Assembly: GCA_964016885.1 (NCBI GenBank)
Contig: OZ024740.1
Coordinates: 369,458,001 to 369,522,000, forward strand
Origin: Eledone cirrhosa
Lineage: Eukaryota
DNA: 64,000 nucleotides
Reading direction: 5' to 3'
Shown: positions 1 through 14,000 of the stretch, one piece after another
How the letters are laid out: every line of letters begins with the position of its first letter
How positions within the stretch are numbered: the stretch's first letter is position 1
Made by a program: the position numbers and the translations under genes
Notes under the pieces: generated by a model
What the model was told of the DNA's origin: nothing
What the model saw: only the letters and a program-made list of their open reading frames with translations
Database searches by the model: none

Positions 1-1683
1 TATCCTTGGGAAGCGTGAAGATCAAGAGAGGTATCTTCCAGGGAGATAGCCTGTCCCCTCTGTTGTTTGTCCTTGCCCTGATGCCCTTGACCATTATGCT
101 GCGAAAAGTGAGAGCAGGATACAAGTTGGGAAGGGGAGAGCTTACCATCAATCACCTCCTCTTCATGGACGATCTTAAGCTCTTCGGGAAAAGTGAGAAG
201 GAGTTGGATGTGCTTGTTGACACTGTCCGTATTTTCAGCAGTGATATATGTATGCAGTTTGGTATTGGTAAATGTGGAGTCATTGTGATGAAGAGGGGTA
301 GGTTGAGCAGAAGTAACGGGATCCAGATACCAACAGGTGAGATGATAAAGGAAATTGACTCTGAGGAACGATACAAGTATTTGGGCGTTCTGGAGGCTGA
401 TGGCATAAAGCACAAAAAAATGAAGGAATTGTTAAGAACTGAATACATTCGGAGAGTAAGGAGCGTATTGAAGTCACATCTGAACAGCAGAAATGCCATA
501 AGCGTAGTAAATTCCCGAGCTGTGTCAATTATTAGGTACAGTGCGGGAATTCTGAGATGGAATGTTGCTGAACAGAAAGAAATGGATAGGAAGACTAGGA
601 AGCTATTGACTATCTACAACATGTTCCACAAGAGGAGTGATGTCGATAGACTCTACCTAAGGAGATCTGAGGGTGGAAGAGGTCTTATCAGCATAGAGGA
701 CTGTGTTCAGATGGAGAAAAACAACCTATACAAATACGTGACCTATAGTAAGGAGCCAATTCTCAGAGCTGTACTGAAGGAGGGGACAGTAGGCCAGGGG
801 ATGTCCAGGGAGGAAATAACATCAAGGAGGAAGAGCAGCCTTAAGGGAAAACCCCTTCATATTACCTTCTTTGAGAAAACTGAATTTAGAGATCCACAGA
901 CATGAAACTGGTTGAGAAGAGGAGACCTCAAAAAGGCTACAGAAGGAATGCTAATGGCTGCGCAGGAGCAGGCCCTCAAAACGAAGTGGTTGAAGCACCA
1001 TATCTACAAGGAGGAGGCCAGCCCACTGTGCAGGATCTGTGGAGAGAGGAGACTGTGGCTCACATTGTGTCCGAGTGTAAACACCTAGCCCAGACCCACT
1101 ATAAGGGCTGGAGACACGATGTGATGGGCAGGGTGATCCACTGGCACCTGTGCAAAGTAAACAATCTACCACATTCTGAGAAATGGTATGAGCATAGGCC
1201 AGAGGCGGTGATGGAGAACAATCAGGTGAAGGTGCTGTGGGATTTTAGGATACAGACGGACAAAAAACTGGAACACAATAGACCCGACCTGGTGGTTGTG
1301 GACAAAGAAAAAAGATCGTGCCTGATTGTGGATGTGGCCTGCCCGTTCGACACGAGAGTGCAAGAGAAGGAGAGGGAGAAAATTAACCGATACCAGGACC
1401 TAAAGTGGGAGGTGAAAAGGATTTGGAACTGCCATGAAGTCAAAGTGATCCCGATTGTCATAGGCGCACTGGGGACTATCTCCAAAAGTTTCCAGGGATG
1501 GTTAAAGAAAATCGGCCCCTTCACGCTTTTTGGAACGCTTCAAAAGGCATGCTTGCTTGGAACAGCAAGAACCCTCCGATACGTCCTGAATATCTGAGGC
1601 TGCAGGTAGTGGCTTGATATTCAATCCAACGGACTTTCCAGTTAACCAACATCAATGACTGAGATTCAAGGAATAACAATAAC

Positions 1684-1750
<67 letters not shown>
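1..1750 (+). mobile_element. R4/Dong-clade non-LTR retrotransposon copy A (5' part outside window)
   Basis: RT motifs RGIFQGDSLSP and HLLFMDDLK, CCHC finger (CRIC..ETVAHIVSEC), RHD motif, REL endonuclease RPDLVV..IVDVACP..KINRY. TGA at 903-905 and a small AG-repeat deletion near 1045 disrupt it. ORF ends 1597, then ~75-nt 3' UTR and (TAA)n tail to ~1750. Confidence 0.93.
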
Positions 1751-1753
<3 letters not shown>

Positions 1754-2829
1754 GGGAAGAAGACGCACGAGGTGGTAGAAGGTCATGAAATCGCTCCCGT
1801 AAGTTTTTGAATTTTTAACATATTTAAATAATTTGTGAAATAACAACTCTTAGTACAAATGCTACGTAAAGCATCCGGCTTGAGCCCCAACAAAATTTGG
1901 ACCGAAAATAGATTGTTATAAGGCTCAAATATTCAAATATTCAACTTTGTATTGTACATTGTATATTCAAAAAAGAAAATGGCTATAAATGGAAGAAGAC
2001 CCCCCCCCTCCTCTGTCTACACTATATAGAACAGCCAAACAACACCAATCTCACCAACACCAGAAACAAGATACACCACCTACCCTATTACCTCTCTGTG
2101 TACACTAAACACAACAGCCAGATAACGGCAATTTCACCACCACCACAACCAATCTTAACATAATAAGGATAATAATAAATACTATTATTATTGTCCCAAG
2201 TCTTAACAAACTGTTTAAACCCAACATTAAGGGAATTTAGGTCAACACACATATACGCGACTAACCCCATAGATTCACCGAACGGACATCAGTCCTTCAT
2301 TGCTACCACCGCTACAACAACACCATCACTGATGCCATCATTACTACCACTATCCCACCATCACCGCCGCCACCACTCCTTCATTGCTACCACCGCTACA
2401 ACACCATCACTACAGTAATACGATCACATCACCACCACCACTGTCTCAGTATCGCTACCGCCGCTACTGTCTCCCATTGCTTCTGCTAGTTGCTGCCACC
2501 ACATTATAGAATTCCTACTAAAAAAGAGGAAGGCATCAAAATATATAGATAGACTCAAAAGAAAAAAGAAAAAACAAACATCAAAACCAAAACAGCACAG
2601 CAACAACAGCAAAAAACGAGAAAAACAAACAGAGAAAAACAAAAGAAAAAAACAAAAAAAAAACGTAAAGAAAATAAGAATGAAGAGAGAAACAAGCGGA
2701 CGGGCAGAGAAGAGAAGGGAAAAACTAAGTCAGACATTCGAACACTACATTACAATGAAACTTATGCTTATTCATTTTTGGGTTTTTTTATGCCTGTGTG
2801 TTTGTTTGTTTATTTGTGTTCGTCTACAG

Positions 2830-2907
2830 CGTGGTGATAATGCCACACAAGTGCCAAATGGAACGGCGCATCCACCGGAAACGGTGAATCCACAGATGGC
2901 TATGTAA
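2830..2907 (+). other. Putative terminal exon / mini-ORF in the leader (RGDNATQVPNGTAHPPETVNPQMAM*); homologues at 7463-7522, 11309-11368, 16294-16368
   Basis: Preceded by a T-rich tract and CAG (2827-2829). The four versions are 78, 60, 60 and 75 nt, all multiples of 3 and all ending ATG TAA. Candidate donor GTAAGT at 1799 and 6557, GTAAAT at 15009. Confidence 0.45.
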
Positions 2908-2975
2908 CCATACATTCGCCAATCCTCGATAAGAGTGTTTAAATATCGAACCTAAACAGTTCGAATAACGGTGAA

Positions 2976-5900
2976 ATGGAGACTAGAACGTCATGTGACA
3001 GACTCTCACCCAACAGGTGCTCCCTGGCTGAGCAGCAGGAACCTGACTGTCAACCAAATACTGCTGGTGTTGGAGGAAGAAGAAGAAGGAAAGGGGCCAG
3101 AACCAACTGGACGAAATAATTGAATAGAACTGTTATGCAATGTTACCTGAAGAGTAACCCCAAGGAGAAAGGCTATAGGAAACGGATGCATAACATCTGG
3201 AACGAGATTGGTCTATTTAAATTAGATGGACAAAAATTAGCGGGGCAGGCTCGGGTAATAAGAACTAATGGGTGGATAAGCGAGATGGAACAGGAGGAAC
3301 TGAGCAGAGAGAATAGCTTGGAGATGGAGGGTGTAGTATGCCAGACAAATGAGCCAGTGGGAAATGAAGGTGTAGAGGTCGAGAGAAAGGAGGAACCACC
3401 CGAAGCAGACAATGATCTGAACACTTAGATAAATAATACTTGGAACAGAGATACGGCCACTGAGGAGATGAATGCTGACGGGCTAGGACAAGATTCGGTT
3501 GACATCCTAAATTTAGTGGTAGATGAATTGAACAATGATAGTGGGAGACCTATGAACCTAAGATTTGTAGACAGGAAAAAGTTAAAAGAAACAACAGCTA
3601 AGGTAAACAAAGTCATCCCATACCTTGAGGCGAGGAGCCTTCACCAGTGCAACAATATCCTCAAAGCAACAGCAAATACGGTGAGGAAACTACTTGGTAT
3701 AAAAGCGAGAGGGAACAACAGACAAGAAAGAGCAGAGCCTTGCTGGAAGAAACGACTGAGTGGTCAAATCTAGGAAATGAGAAATGACATAGGAAAGCTT
3801 GAGTCACTACAGAATGGGACACTAAAAAAATAGGCACTAAAAACAGACTGTAAATAAAGTACAAAACTAGGAGGAAAAAGCTAAATATTATCATAGAGGA
3901 ACTGAAGCAACGCATTGTAGCAAAGAGTGCAAAAATCAGGCGATACGAGAACAGTGTCAGTCAGTATAAACAGAACCGCATGTTCGACAACAACCAGAAT
4001 ATGCTGTTTGGACAGCTTGAGGGGAAAGAAAGAGGCAACAACTTGATCCCTGAGGCGGAACAAACTAAAACATTCTGGAGAGGAATATGGGAGCAGGATG
4101 TTAGACATAATGACCAGGCAGGGTGGATTGAGACAGTACAGAGGGAGATCGGTGAGAAGGCACAACAACAGACTGATTTGAGTATCACAGTTGAAACTCT
4201 TAAGGGGCAGGCCAAAAAACTAACCAACTGGAAATCACCAGGCCCAGATGGTGTGCAGGGGTATTGGATTAAAAAATTAACATCCCTCCACCCGAAACTG
4301 ACGGCCATGTTCAATGACTGCTTGGTGTCGGGTGAGGTGCCTGAGTGGTTGACAAAAGGTACCACAGTTCTGATAATGAAAGACCGAATCAAGGGTAATG
4401 ATGTTACCAACTATAGACCTATCACATATCTGTCCGAAATGTGGAAACTGATGACGAGCATTGTGTCTGAGGAAATCTACCATCACCTCCACACAAACAA
4501 CTTGTTACCGGACGAACAGAAAGGATGCCGAAAGAAGTCACGTGGTACAAAGGACCAGTTACTTATTGATAAGATGGTAATGGGGAATTGCAGGAGGAGA
4601 CACACTGATCTTTCCATGGGATGGATAGACTGCATAAAGGCATTTGATATGGTGCCTCACTCTTGGATCAGCAAACGCCTGGAGATCTTCAAGGTGGCAG
4701 ATAACATCAGACAGTTGCTGGGCAGGAGTATGGGGTCCTGGGAGACAGAGTTGACATCAACTGGAGAATCCTTGGGAGGCGTGAAGATCAAGAGAGGTAT
4801 CTTCCAGGGAGATAGCCTGTCCCCTCTGTTGTTTGTCCTTGCCCTGATACACTTGACCATTATGCTGCGAAAAGTGAGAGCAGGATACAAGTTGGGAAAG
4901 GGAGAGCTTACCATCAATCACCTCCTCTTCATGGACGATCTTAAGCTCTTCGGGAAGAGTGAGAAGGAGTTGGATGTGCTTGTTGACACTGTCCGTATTT
5001 TCAGCAGTGATATATGTATGCAGTTTGTTATTAGTAAGTGTGGAGTCATTATGATGAGGAGGGGTAGGTTGAGCAGAAGTAACGGAATAAAGATACCAAC
5101 AGGTGAGATGATAAAGGAAATTGACTCTGAGGAAGGATACAAGTATTTGGGCGTTCTGGAGGCTGATGGCATAAAGAACAAAAAAATGAAGGAATTGTTA
5201 AGAACTGAATACATTCGGAGAATAAGGAGCGTATTGAAGTCACATCTGAACAGCAGAAATGCCATAAGCGCAGTAAATTCCCGAGCTGTGTCTATTATTA
5301 GGTACAGTGCGGGAATTCTGAGATGGAATGTTGCTGAACAAAAAGAAATGGACAGGAAGACTAGGAAGCTTTTGACTATCTACAACATGTTCCACAAGAG
5401 GAGTGATGTCGATAGAATCTACCTAAGGAGATCTGAGGGTAGAAGAGGTCTTATCAGCATAGAGGACTGTGTTCAGATGGAGAAAAACAACCTACACAAA
5501 TACATGACTGATAGTAAGGAGCCAATGCTCAGAACTGTATTGAAGTAGGGAACAGTAGGCCAGGGGATGTCCAAGGAGGAAATAACATCAAGGAGGTAGA
5601 GCAGCCTTCAGGGAAAATCCCTTCATAGTACCTTCTTTGAGAAAACTGAATTTAGAGATCCACAGACATGGAACTGGTTGAGAAGAGGAGACCTCAAAAA
5701 GGCTACAGAAGGAATGTTAATGGCTGCGCAGGAGCAGGCCCTCAAAACGAAGTGGTTGAAACACCATATTTACAAGGAGGAGACTAGCCCACTGTGCAGG
5801 ATCTGTGGAGAGAGAGAGGAGACTGTGGCTCACATTGTATCCGAGTGTAAACAGCTAGCCCAGACCCACTATAAGGGCTGGAGACATGATGTGATGGGCA

Positions 5901-6367
5901 GGGTGATCCACTGGCACCTGTGCAAAGTAAACAATTTACCACATTCTGAGAAATGGTATGAGCATAGGCCAGAAGCGGTGATGGAGAACGATCAGATGAA
6001 GGTGCTGTGGGATTTTAGGATACAGACGGACAAGAAACTGGAACACAATAGACCTGACCTGGTGGTTGTGGACAAAGAAAAAAGAGCGTGTCTGATTGTG
6101 GATGTGGCCTGCCCATTCGACACGAGAGTGCAAGAGAAGGAGAGGGAGAAAATTAACCGATACCAGGACTTAAAGTGGGAGGTATAAAGGATTTGGAACT
6201 GCCATGAAGTCAAAGTGATCCCGATTGTCATAGGTGCACTGGGGACTATCTCCAAAAGTTTCCAGGGATGGTTATAGAAAATCAGCCCCTTCACGCTTTT
6301 TGGAACGCTTCAAAAGGCATGCTTGCTGGGAACAGCAAGAACCCTCCGATACGCCCTGAATATCTGA
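2976..6367 (+). pseudogene. Disrupted ~1130-aa R4-type ORF (N-terminal Myb-like region, RT, CCHC, REL endonuclease)
   Basis: Starts METRTSCDRLS. ORF-track fragments 3120-3428, 3468-3773, 3980-5548 and 5678-6187 are pieces of one ORF broken by many stops and a frameshift near 3830. Motifs NWKSPGPDG, NYRPIT, EQKG, KAFDMVPH, QGDSLSP, FMDD. Confidence 0.9.
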
Positions 6368-6440
6368 GGCTGCAGGTAGTGGCTTGATATTCATTCCAAC
6401 GGACTTTCCAGTTAACCAACATCAATGACTGAGATTCAAG

Positions 6441-6511
<71 letters not shown>

Positions 6512-6512
<1 letters not shown>

Positions 6513-9500
6513 GGGAAGAAGACGCACGAGGTGACGGAGGTCATGAAATCGCTCCCGTAAGTTTTGAATTTTTAACATATTTAAATCATTTGTGAAATAA
6601 CAACTCTTAGTACAAATGCTACGTAAAGCACCCGGCTTGAGCCCCAAAAAATTCGGACCCAAAATATATTGTTATAAGGCTCAAATATTCAAATATTCAA
6701 CTTTGTATTGTACACTGTATATCCCCCCCAAAAAATGGCTATAAATGGAAGAAGAAGAACCCCCCCTCCTCTCCTCTGGCTACACTATATAGGACAGCTA
6801 AACTCACCAACACCAGAAACTAGATACACCACCTACCCCATCATCTGTGTACACTAAACACAACAGCATCTTCACCTTCACCGCCACCGCTCACTACGGC
6901 CATCATTACCACCACTATCCCATCACCGCCGCCACCACCCCTTGACTCCTTCACTGCTGCTGCCACCGCTACAGCACCATCACTACAGTAATACGGTCGC
7001 ATCACCGCCACCACTGCCTCGGTATCGACATCACCACCACCACTGTCTCAGTATCGCCAACGCCGCCCTCTCCCACTTCTCCCTGCTAGCTGCTACTACT
7101 ACTTCCACATTATAGAATCCCTACTACTAACAAAGAGGAAGGCATCAAAATATATAGATAGACTCAAAAGAAAAAAGAAAAAACAAACAACAAAACCAAA
7201 GCAGCACAGCAACAACAGCAAAAAACGAGAAAAACAAACAGAGAAAAACAAAAACAAAAAAAGAAACCCCCAAAACGTAAAGAAAATAAGAATGAAGAGA
7301 GAAGCAGGCGGACGGACAGAGAAGAGGGGGGAAAAAGTAAAACTTAAAAAACAAAAACTAAGTCAGACATTCGAATACTACATTACAATGAAACTTATGC
7401 TTATTCATTTTTGGGGCCCTTTCTGCCCGTGTGTTTGTTTGTTTATGTGTGTTCGTATACAGCGTGGTGATAATGCCACACAAGGGCCAAGTGGGATGGC
7501 GGATCCACAGATGGCTATGTAAACATACATTCGCCAATCCTCGATAAGAGTGTTTAAATATCGAACATAAACAGTTCGAATAACGGTGAAATGGAGACTA
7601 GAACGTCATGTGACAGACTCTCGCCCAACAGGTGCCCCCTGGCTCAGCAAAAGGAACCTGACTGTCAACAAAAAAACTGCTGATGTTGGAGGAAGAAGAA
7701 GAAGGAAAGGGGCCAGAACCAACTGGATGAAAGAATTGAATAGAACTGTTATGCAATGCTACCTGAAAAGTAACCCCAAGGACAGGGGCTACAGGAGACG
7801 GATGCATAACATCTGGAACGAGATTGGTTTATTTAAATTAGATGAACAAAAATTGGCCGGGCAGGCTCGGGTAATAAGAACTAATGGGTGGATAAGCGAG
7901 CTGGAACTGGAGGAACTGAGCAGAGAGAATGGCTTGGAGATGGCGGGTGTAGTATGCCAGACAAGCGAGCCGGTGGGAAATGAAGGTGAGGAGGTCCTGA
8001 GAACGGAGGAACCACCCGAAGCAGACAATGATCTGAATACTGAGATAAATAATACCTGGAACAGAGATACGGCCACTGAGGAGATGAATGCTGACAGGCT
8101 AGGACAAGATTCGGTTGACATCCTAAATCTAGTGGTAGATGAATTGAACAATGATAGTGGGAGACCTATGAACCTAAGATTTGTAGACAGGAAAAAGTTA
8201 AAAGAAACAACAGCTAAGGTAAACAAAGTCATCCCATACCTTGAGGCGAGGAGTCTTCACCAGTGCAACAATATCCTCAAAGCAACAGCAAATACGGTGA
8301 GGAAACTACTTGGTATAAAAGCGAGAGGAAACAACAGACAAGAAAGAGCAGAGCCGTGGTGGAAGAAGCGACTGAGTTGGCAAATCGGGGAAATGAGAAA
8401 TGACATAGGAAAGTTTGAGTCACTACTGAATGGGACACTAAAAAACATAGGCACTAAAAATAGACTGGAAATAAAATACAAAACTAGGAGTAAAAAGCTA
8501 AATATTATCATAGAGGAATTGAAGCAACGCATTGTAGCAAAGAGTGCCAAAATCAGGCGATACGAGAACAGAGTCAGTCAGTATAAACAGAACCGCATGT
8601 TCGACAACAACCAGAAGATGCTGTTTGGACAGCTTGAGGGGAAAGAAAGAGTCAACGACTTGATCCCTGGGGCGGAACAAGCTAAAACATTCTGGAGAGG
8701 AATATGGGAGCAGGATGTTAGACACAATGCCCAGGCAGGGTGGATTGAGACAGTACAGAGGGAGATCGGTGAGTAGGCACAACAACAGACTGATTTGAGT
8801 ATCACAGTTGAAACTCTTAAGGGGCAAGCCAAAAAACTAACCAACTGGAAATCACCAGGCCCAGATGGTGTGCAGGGGTATTGGATTAAACATTTAACAT
8901 CCCTCCACCCGAAGCTGACGGCCATGTTCAATGACTGCTTGGTGTCGGGTGAGGTGCCAGAGTGGTTGACAAAAGGTACCACAGTTCTGATAATGAAAGA
9001 CCGAATCAAGGGTAATGATGTTACCAACTATAGACCTATCACATGTCTGCCCGTAATGTGGAAACTGTTGACGAGCATTGTGTCTGAGGAAATCTACCAT
9101 CACCTCCACACAAACAACTTGTTACCGGACGAACAGAAAGGATGCCGAAAGAAGTCACGTGGTACAGAGGACCAGTTGCTTATTGATAAGATGGTAATGG
9201 GGAATTGCAGGAGGAGACACACTGATCTTGCCATGTGATGGATAGACTACAGAAAGGCATTTGACATGGTGCCTCATTCCTGGATCACCAAAAGCCTGGA
9301 GGTCTTCAGGGTGGCAGATAACATCAGACAGTTGCTGGGCAGGAGTATGGGGTCCTGGGAGACAGAGTTGACAACAACTGGAGTATCCTTGGGAAGCGTG
9401 AAGATCAAGAGAGGTATCTTCCAGGGAGATAGCCTGTCCCCTCTGTTGTTTGTCCTTGCCCTGATGCCCTTGACCATTATGCTGCGAAAATTGAGAGCAG

Positions 9501-11090
9501 GATACAAGTTGGGAAGGGGAGAGCTTACCATCAATCACCTCCTCTTCATGGACGATCTTAAGCTCTTCGGGAAAAGTGAGAAGGAGTTGGATGTGCTTGT
9601 TGACACTGTCCGTATTTTCAGCAGTGATATATGTATGCAGTTTGGTATTGGTAAATGTGGAGTCATTGTGATGAAGAGGGGTAGGTTGAGCAGAAGTAAC
9701 GGGATCCAGATACCAACAGGTGAGATGATAAAGGAAATTGACTCTGAGGAGCGATACAAGTATTTGGGCGTTCTGGAGGCTGATGGCATAAAGCACAGAG
9801 AAATGAAGGAATTGTTAAGAACTGAATACATTCGGAGAGTAAGGAGAGTATTGAAGTCACATCTGAACAGCAGAAATGCCATAAGCGCAGTAAATTCCCG
9901 AGCTGTGTCTATTATTAGGTACAGTGCGGGAATTCTGAGATGGAATGTTGCTGAACAAAAAGAAATGGATAGGAAGACTAGGAAGCTATTGACTATCTAC
10001 AACATGTTCCACAAGAGGAGTGATGTTGATAGACTCTACCTAAGGAGATCTGAGGGTGGAAGAGGTCTTATCAGCATAGAGGACAGTGTTCAGATGGAGA
10101 AAAACAACCTATACAAATACGTGACCTATAGTAAGGAGCCAATGCTCAGAACTGTACTGAAGGAGGGGACAGTAGGCCAGGGGATGTCCAAGGAGGAAAT
10201 AACATCAAGGAGGAAGAGCAGCCTTAAGGGAAAATCCCTTCATAGTACCTTCTTTGAGAAAACTGAATTTAGAGATCCACAGACATGGAACTGGTTGAGA
10301 AGAGGAGACCTCAAAAAGGCTACAGAAGGAATGCTAATGGCTGCGCAGGAGCAGGCCCTCAAAACGAAGTGGTTGAAGCACCATATCTACAAGGAGGAGG
10401 CTAGCCCACTGTGCAGGATCTGTGGAGAGAGAGAGGAGACTGTGGCTCACATTGTGTCCGAGTGTAAACACCTAGCCCAGACCCACTATAAGGGCTGGAG
10501 ACACGATGTGATGGGCAGGGTGATCCACTGGCACCTGTGCAAAGTAAACAATCTACCACATTCTGAGAAATGGTATGAGCATAGGCCAGAGGCGGTGATG
10601 GAGAACAGTCAGGTGAAGGTGCTGTGGGATTTTAGGATACAGACGGACAAAAAACTGGAACACAATAGACCTGACCTGGTGGTTGTGGACAAAGAAAAAA
10701 GATCGTGCCTGATTGTGGATGTGGCCTGCCCGTTCGACACGAGAGTGCAAGAGAAGGAGAGGGAGAAAATTAACCGATACCAGGACCTAAAGTGGGAGGT
10801 GAAAAGGATTTGGAACTGCCATGAAGTCAAAGTGATCCCGATTGTCATAGGCGCACTGGGGACTATCTCCAAAGGTTTCCAGGGATGGTTAAAGAAAATC
10901 GGCCCCTTCACGCTTTTTGGAACGCTTCAAAAGGCATGCTTGCTTGGAACAGCAAGAACCCTCCGATACGTCCTGAATATCTGAGGCTGCAGGTAGTGGC
11001 TTGATATTCAATCCAACGGACTTTCCAGTTAACCAACATCAATGACTGAGATTCAAGGAATAACAATAACAATAATAATAATAATAATAA
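6512..11090 (+). mobile_element. R4/Dong-clade retrotransposon copy C including leader
   Basis: Leader 6512-7590, ORF remnant 7591-10984, short (TAA)n tail ~11059-11090. Confidence 0.93.
7591..10984 (+). pseudogene. Nearly intact R4-type RT/REL ORF (1 frameshift, 2 stops)
   Basis: +1 in the A-run near 7670, TAG at 8774-8776, TGA at 9236-9238. Otherwise open (396+147+572-aa track fragments). Confidence 0.92.
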
Positions 11091-14000
11091 AAAACAAAAA
11101 CAAAAAAAGAAACCCCCAAAACGTAAAGAATATAAGAATGAAGAGAGAAGCAGGCGGACGGACAGAGAAGAGGGGGGAAAAACTAAAATTTAAAAAACAA
11201 AAACTAAGTCAGACATTCGAACACTACATTACAATGAAACTTATGCTTATTCATTTTTGGGGCCCTTTCTGCCTGTGTGTTTGTTTGTTTATGTGTGTTC
11301 GTATACAGCGTGGTGATAATGCCACACAAGGGCCAAGTGGGATGGCGGATCCACAGATGGCTATGTAACCATACATTCGCCAATCCTCGATAAGAGTGTT
11401 TAAATATCGAACATAAACAGTTCGAATAACGGTGAAATGGACACTAGAACGTCATGTGACAGACTCTCACCCAACAGGTGCCCCCTGGCTCAGCAGCAGG
11501 AACCTGACTGTCAACCAAATACTGCTGATGTTGGAGGAAGAATAAAAAGGAAAGGGGCCAGAACCAACTGGACGAAAGAATTGAATAGAACTGTTATGCA
11601 ATGCTACCTGAAAAGTAACCCAAAGGAGAGGGGCTACAGGAGACGGATGCATAACATCTGGAACGAGATTGGTTTATTTAAATTAGATGAACAAAAATTG
11701 GCCGGGCAGGCTCGGGTAATAAGAACTAATGGGTGGATAAGCGAGCTGGAACTGGAGGAACTGAGCAGAGAGAATGGCTTGGAGATGGCGGGTGTAGTAT
11801 GCCAGACAAACGAGCCAGTGGGAAATGAAGGTGAAGAGGTCCTGAGAACGGAGGAACCACCCGAAGCAGACAATGATCTGAATACTGAGATAAATAATAC
11901 CTGGAACAGAGATACGGCCACTGAGGAGATGAATGCTGACGGGCTAGGACAAGATTCGGTTGACATCCTAAATTTAGTGGTAGATGAATTGAACAATGAT
12001 AGTGGGAGACCTATGAACCTAAGATTTGTAGACAGGAAAAAGTTAAAAGAAACAACAGCTAAGGTAAACAAAGTCATCCCATACCTTGAGGCGAGGAGCC
12101 TTCACCAGTGCAACAATATCCTCAAAGCAACAGCAAATACGGTGAGGAAACTACTTGGTATAAAAGCGAGAGGAAACAACAGACAAGAAAGAGCAGAGCC
12201 GTGGTGGAAGAGCGACTGAGTGGGCAAATCGGGGAAATGAGAAATGACATAGGAAAGCTTGAGTCACTACTGAATGGGACACTAAAAAACATAGGCACTA
12301 AAAATAGACTGGAAATAAAATACAAAACTAGGAGTAAAAAGCTAAATATTATCATAGAGGAATTGAAGCAACGCATTGTAGCAAAGAGTGCAAAAATGAG
12401 GCGATACGAGAGCAGAGTCAGTCAGTATAAACAGAACCGCATGTTTGACAACAACCAGAAGAAGCTGTTTGGACAGTTTGAGGGGAAAGAAAGAGGCAAC
12501 GACTTGATCCCTGGGGCGGAACAAACTAAAACATTCTGGAGAGGAATATGGGAGCAGGATGTTAGACATAATGCCCAGGCAGGGTGGATTGAGACAGTAC
12601 AGAGGGAGATCGGTGAGCAGGCACAACAACAAACTGATTTGAGTATCACAGTTGAAACTCTTAAGGGGCAGGCCAAAAAACTAACCAACTAGAAATCACC
12701 AGGCCCAGATGGTGTGCAGGGGTATTGGATTAAACATTTAACATCCCTCCACCCGAAGCTGACGGCCATGTTCAATGACTGCTTGGTGTCGGGTGAGGTG
12801 CCAGAGTGGTTGACAAAAGGTACCACAGTTCTGATAATGAAAGACCGAATCAAGGGTAATGATGTTACCAACTATAGACCTATCACATGTCTGTCCGTAA
12901 TGTGGAAACTGTTGACGAGCATTGTGTCTGAGGAAATCTACCATCACCTCCACACAAACAACTTGTTACCGGACGAACAGAAAGGATGCCGAAAGAAGTC
13001 ACGTGGTACAAAGGACCAGTTACTTATTGATAAGATGGTAATGGGGAATTGCAGGAGGAGACACACTGATCTTGCCATGGGATGGATAGACTACGGAAAT
13101 GCATTTGACATGGTGCCTCATTCTTGGATCACCAAAAGCCTGGAGATCTTCAGGGTGGCAGATAACATCAGACAGTTGCTGGGCAGGAGTATGGGGTCCT
13201 GGGAGACAGAGTTGACATCAACTGGAGTATCCTTGGGAAGAGTGAAGATCAAGAGAGGTACCTTCCAGGGAGATAGCCTGTCCCCTCTGTTGTTTGTCCT
13301 TGCCCTGATGCCCTTGACCATTATGCTGCGAATAGTGAGAGCAGGATACAAGTTGGGAAGGGGAGAGCTTACCATCAATCACCTCCTCTTCATGGACGAT
13401 CTTAAGCTCTTCGGGAAAAGTGAGAAGGAGTTGGATGTGCTGGTTGACACTGTCCGTATTTTCAGCAGTGATATATGTATGCAGTTTGGTATTGGTAAAT
13501 GTGGAGTCATTGTGATGAGGAGGGGTAGGTTGAGCAGAAGTAGCGGGATCCAGATACCAACAGGTGAGATGATAAAGGAAATTGACTCTGAGGAAGGATA
13601 CAAGTATTTGGGCGTTCTGGAGGCTGATGGCATAAAGAACAAAAAAATGAAGGAATTGTTAAGAACTGAATACATTCGGAGAGTAAGGAGCGTATTGAAG
13701 TCACATCTGAACAGCAGAAATGCCATAAGCGCAGTAAATTCCCGAGCTGTGTCTATTATTAGGTACAGTGCGGGAATTCTGAGATGGAATGTTGCTGAAC
13801 AAAAAGAAATGGATAGGAAGACTAGGAAGCTATTGACTATCTACAACATGTTCCACAAGAGGAGTGATGTCGATAGACTCTACCTAAGGAGATCTGAGGG
13901 TGGAAGAGGTCTTATCAGCATAGAGGACTGTGTTCAGATGGAGAAAAACAACCTATACAAATACGAGACTGATAGTAAGGAGCCAATGCTCAGAACTGTA

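Larger units (their letters stand above)
1751..6511 (+). mobile_element. R4/Dong-clade retrotransposon copy B including ~1.2 kb leader
   Basis: Leader 1751-2975, ORF remnant 2976-6367, (TAA)n tail ~6442-6511. Near-identical to the neighbouring copies. Confidence 0.92.

Noticed and set aside
2908-2980. HDV-like ribozyme just before the R4 ATG (TCCTCG motif, CATTCGCC/GGTGAAATG pairing, TCGAAC/GTTCGA hairpin)
   Set aside because: No P3 or P1 could be built and there is no catalytic C in the would-be J4/2. At most a simple stem-loop over the start codon.
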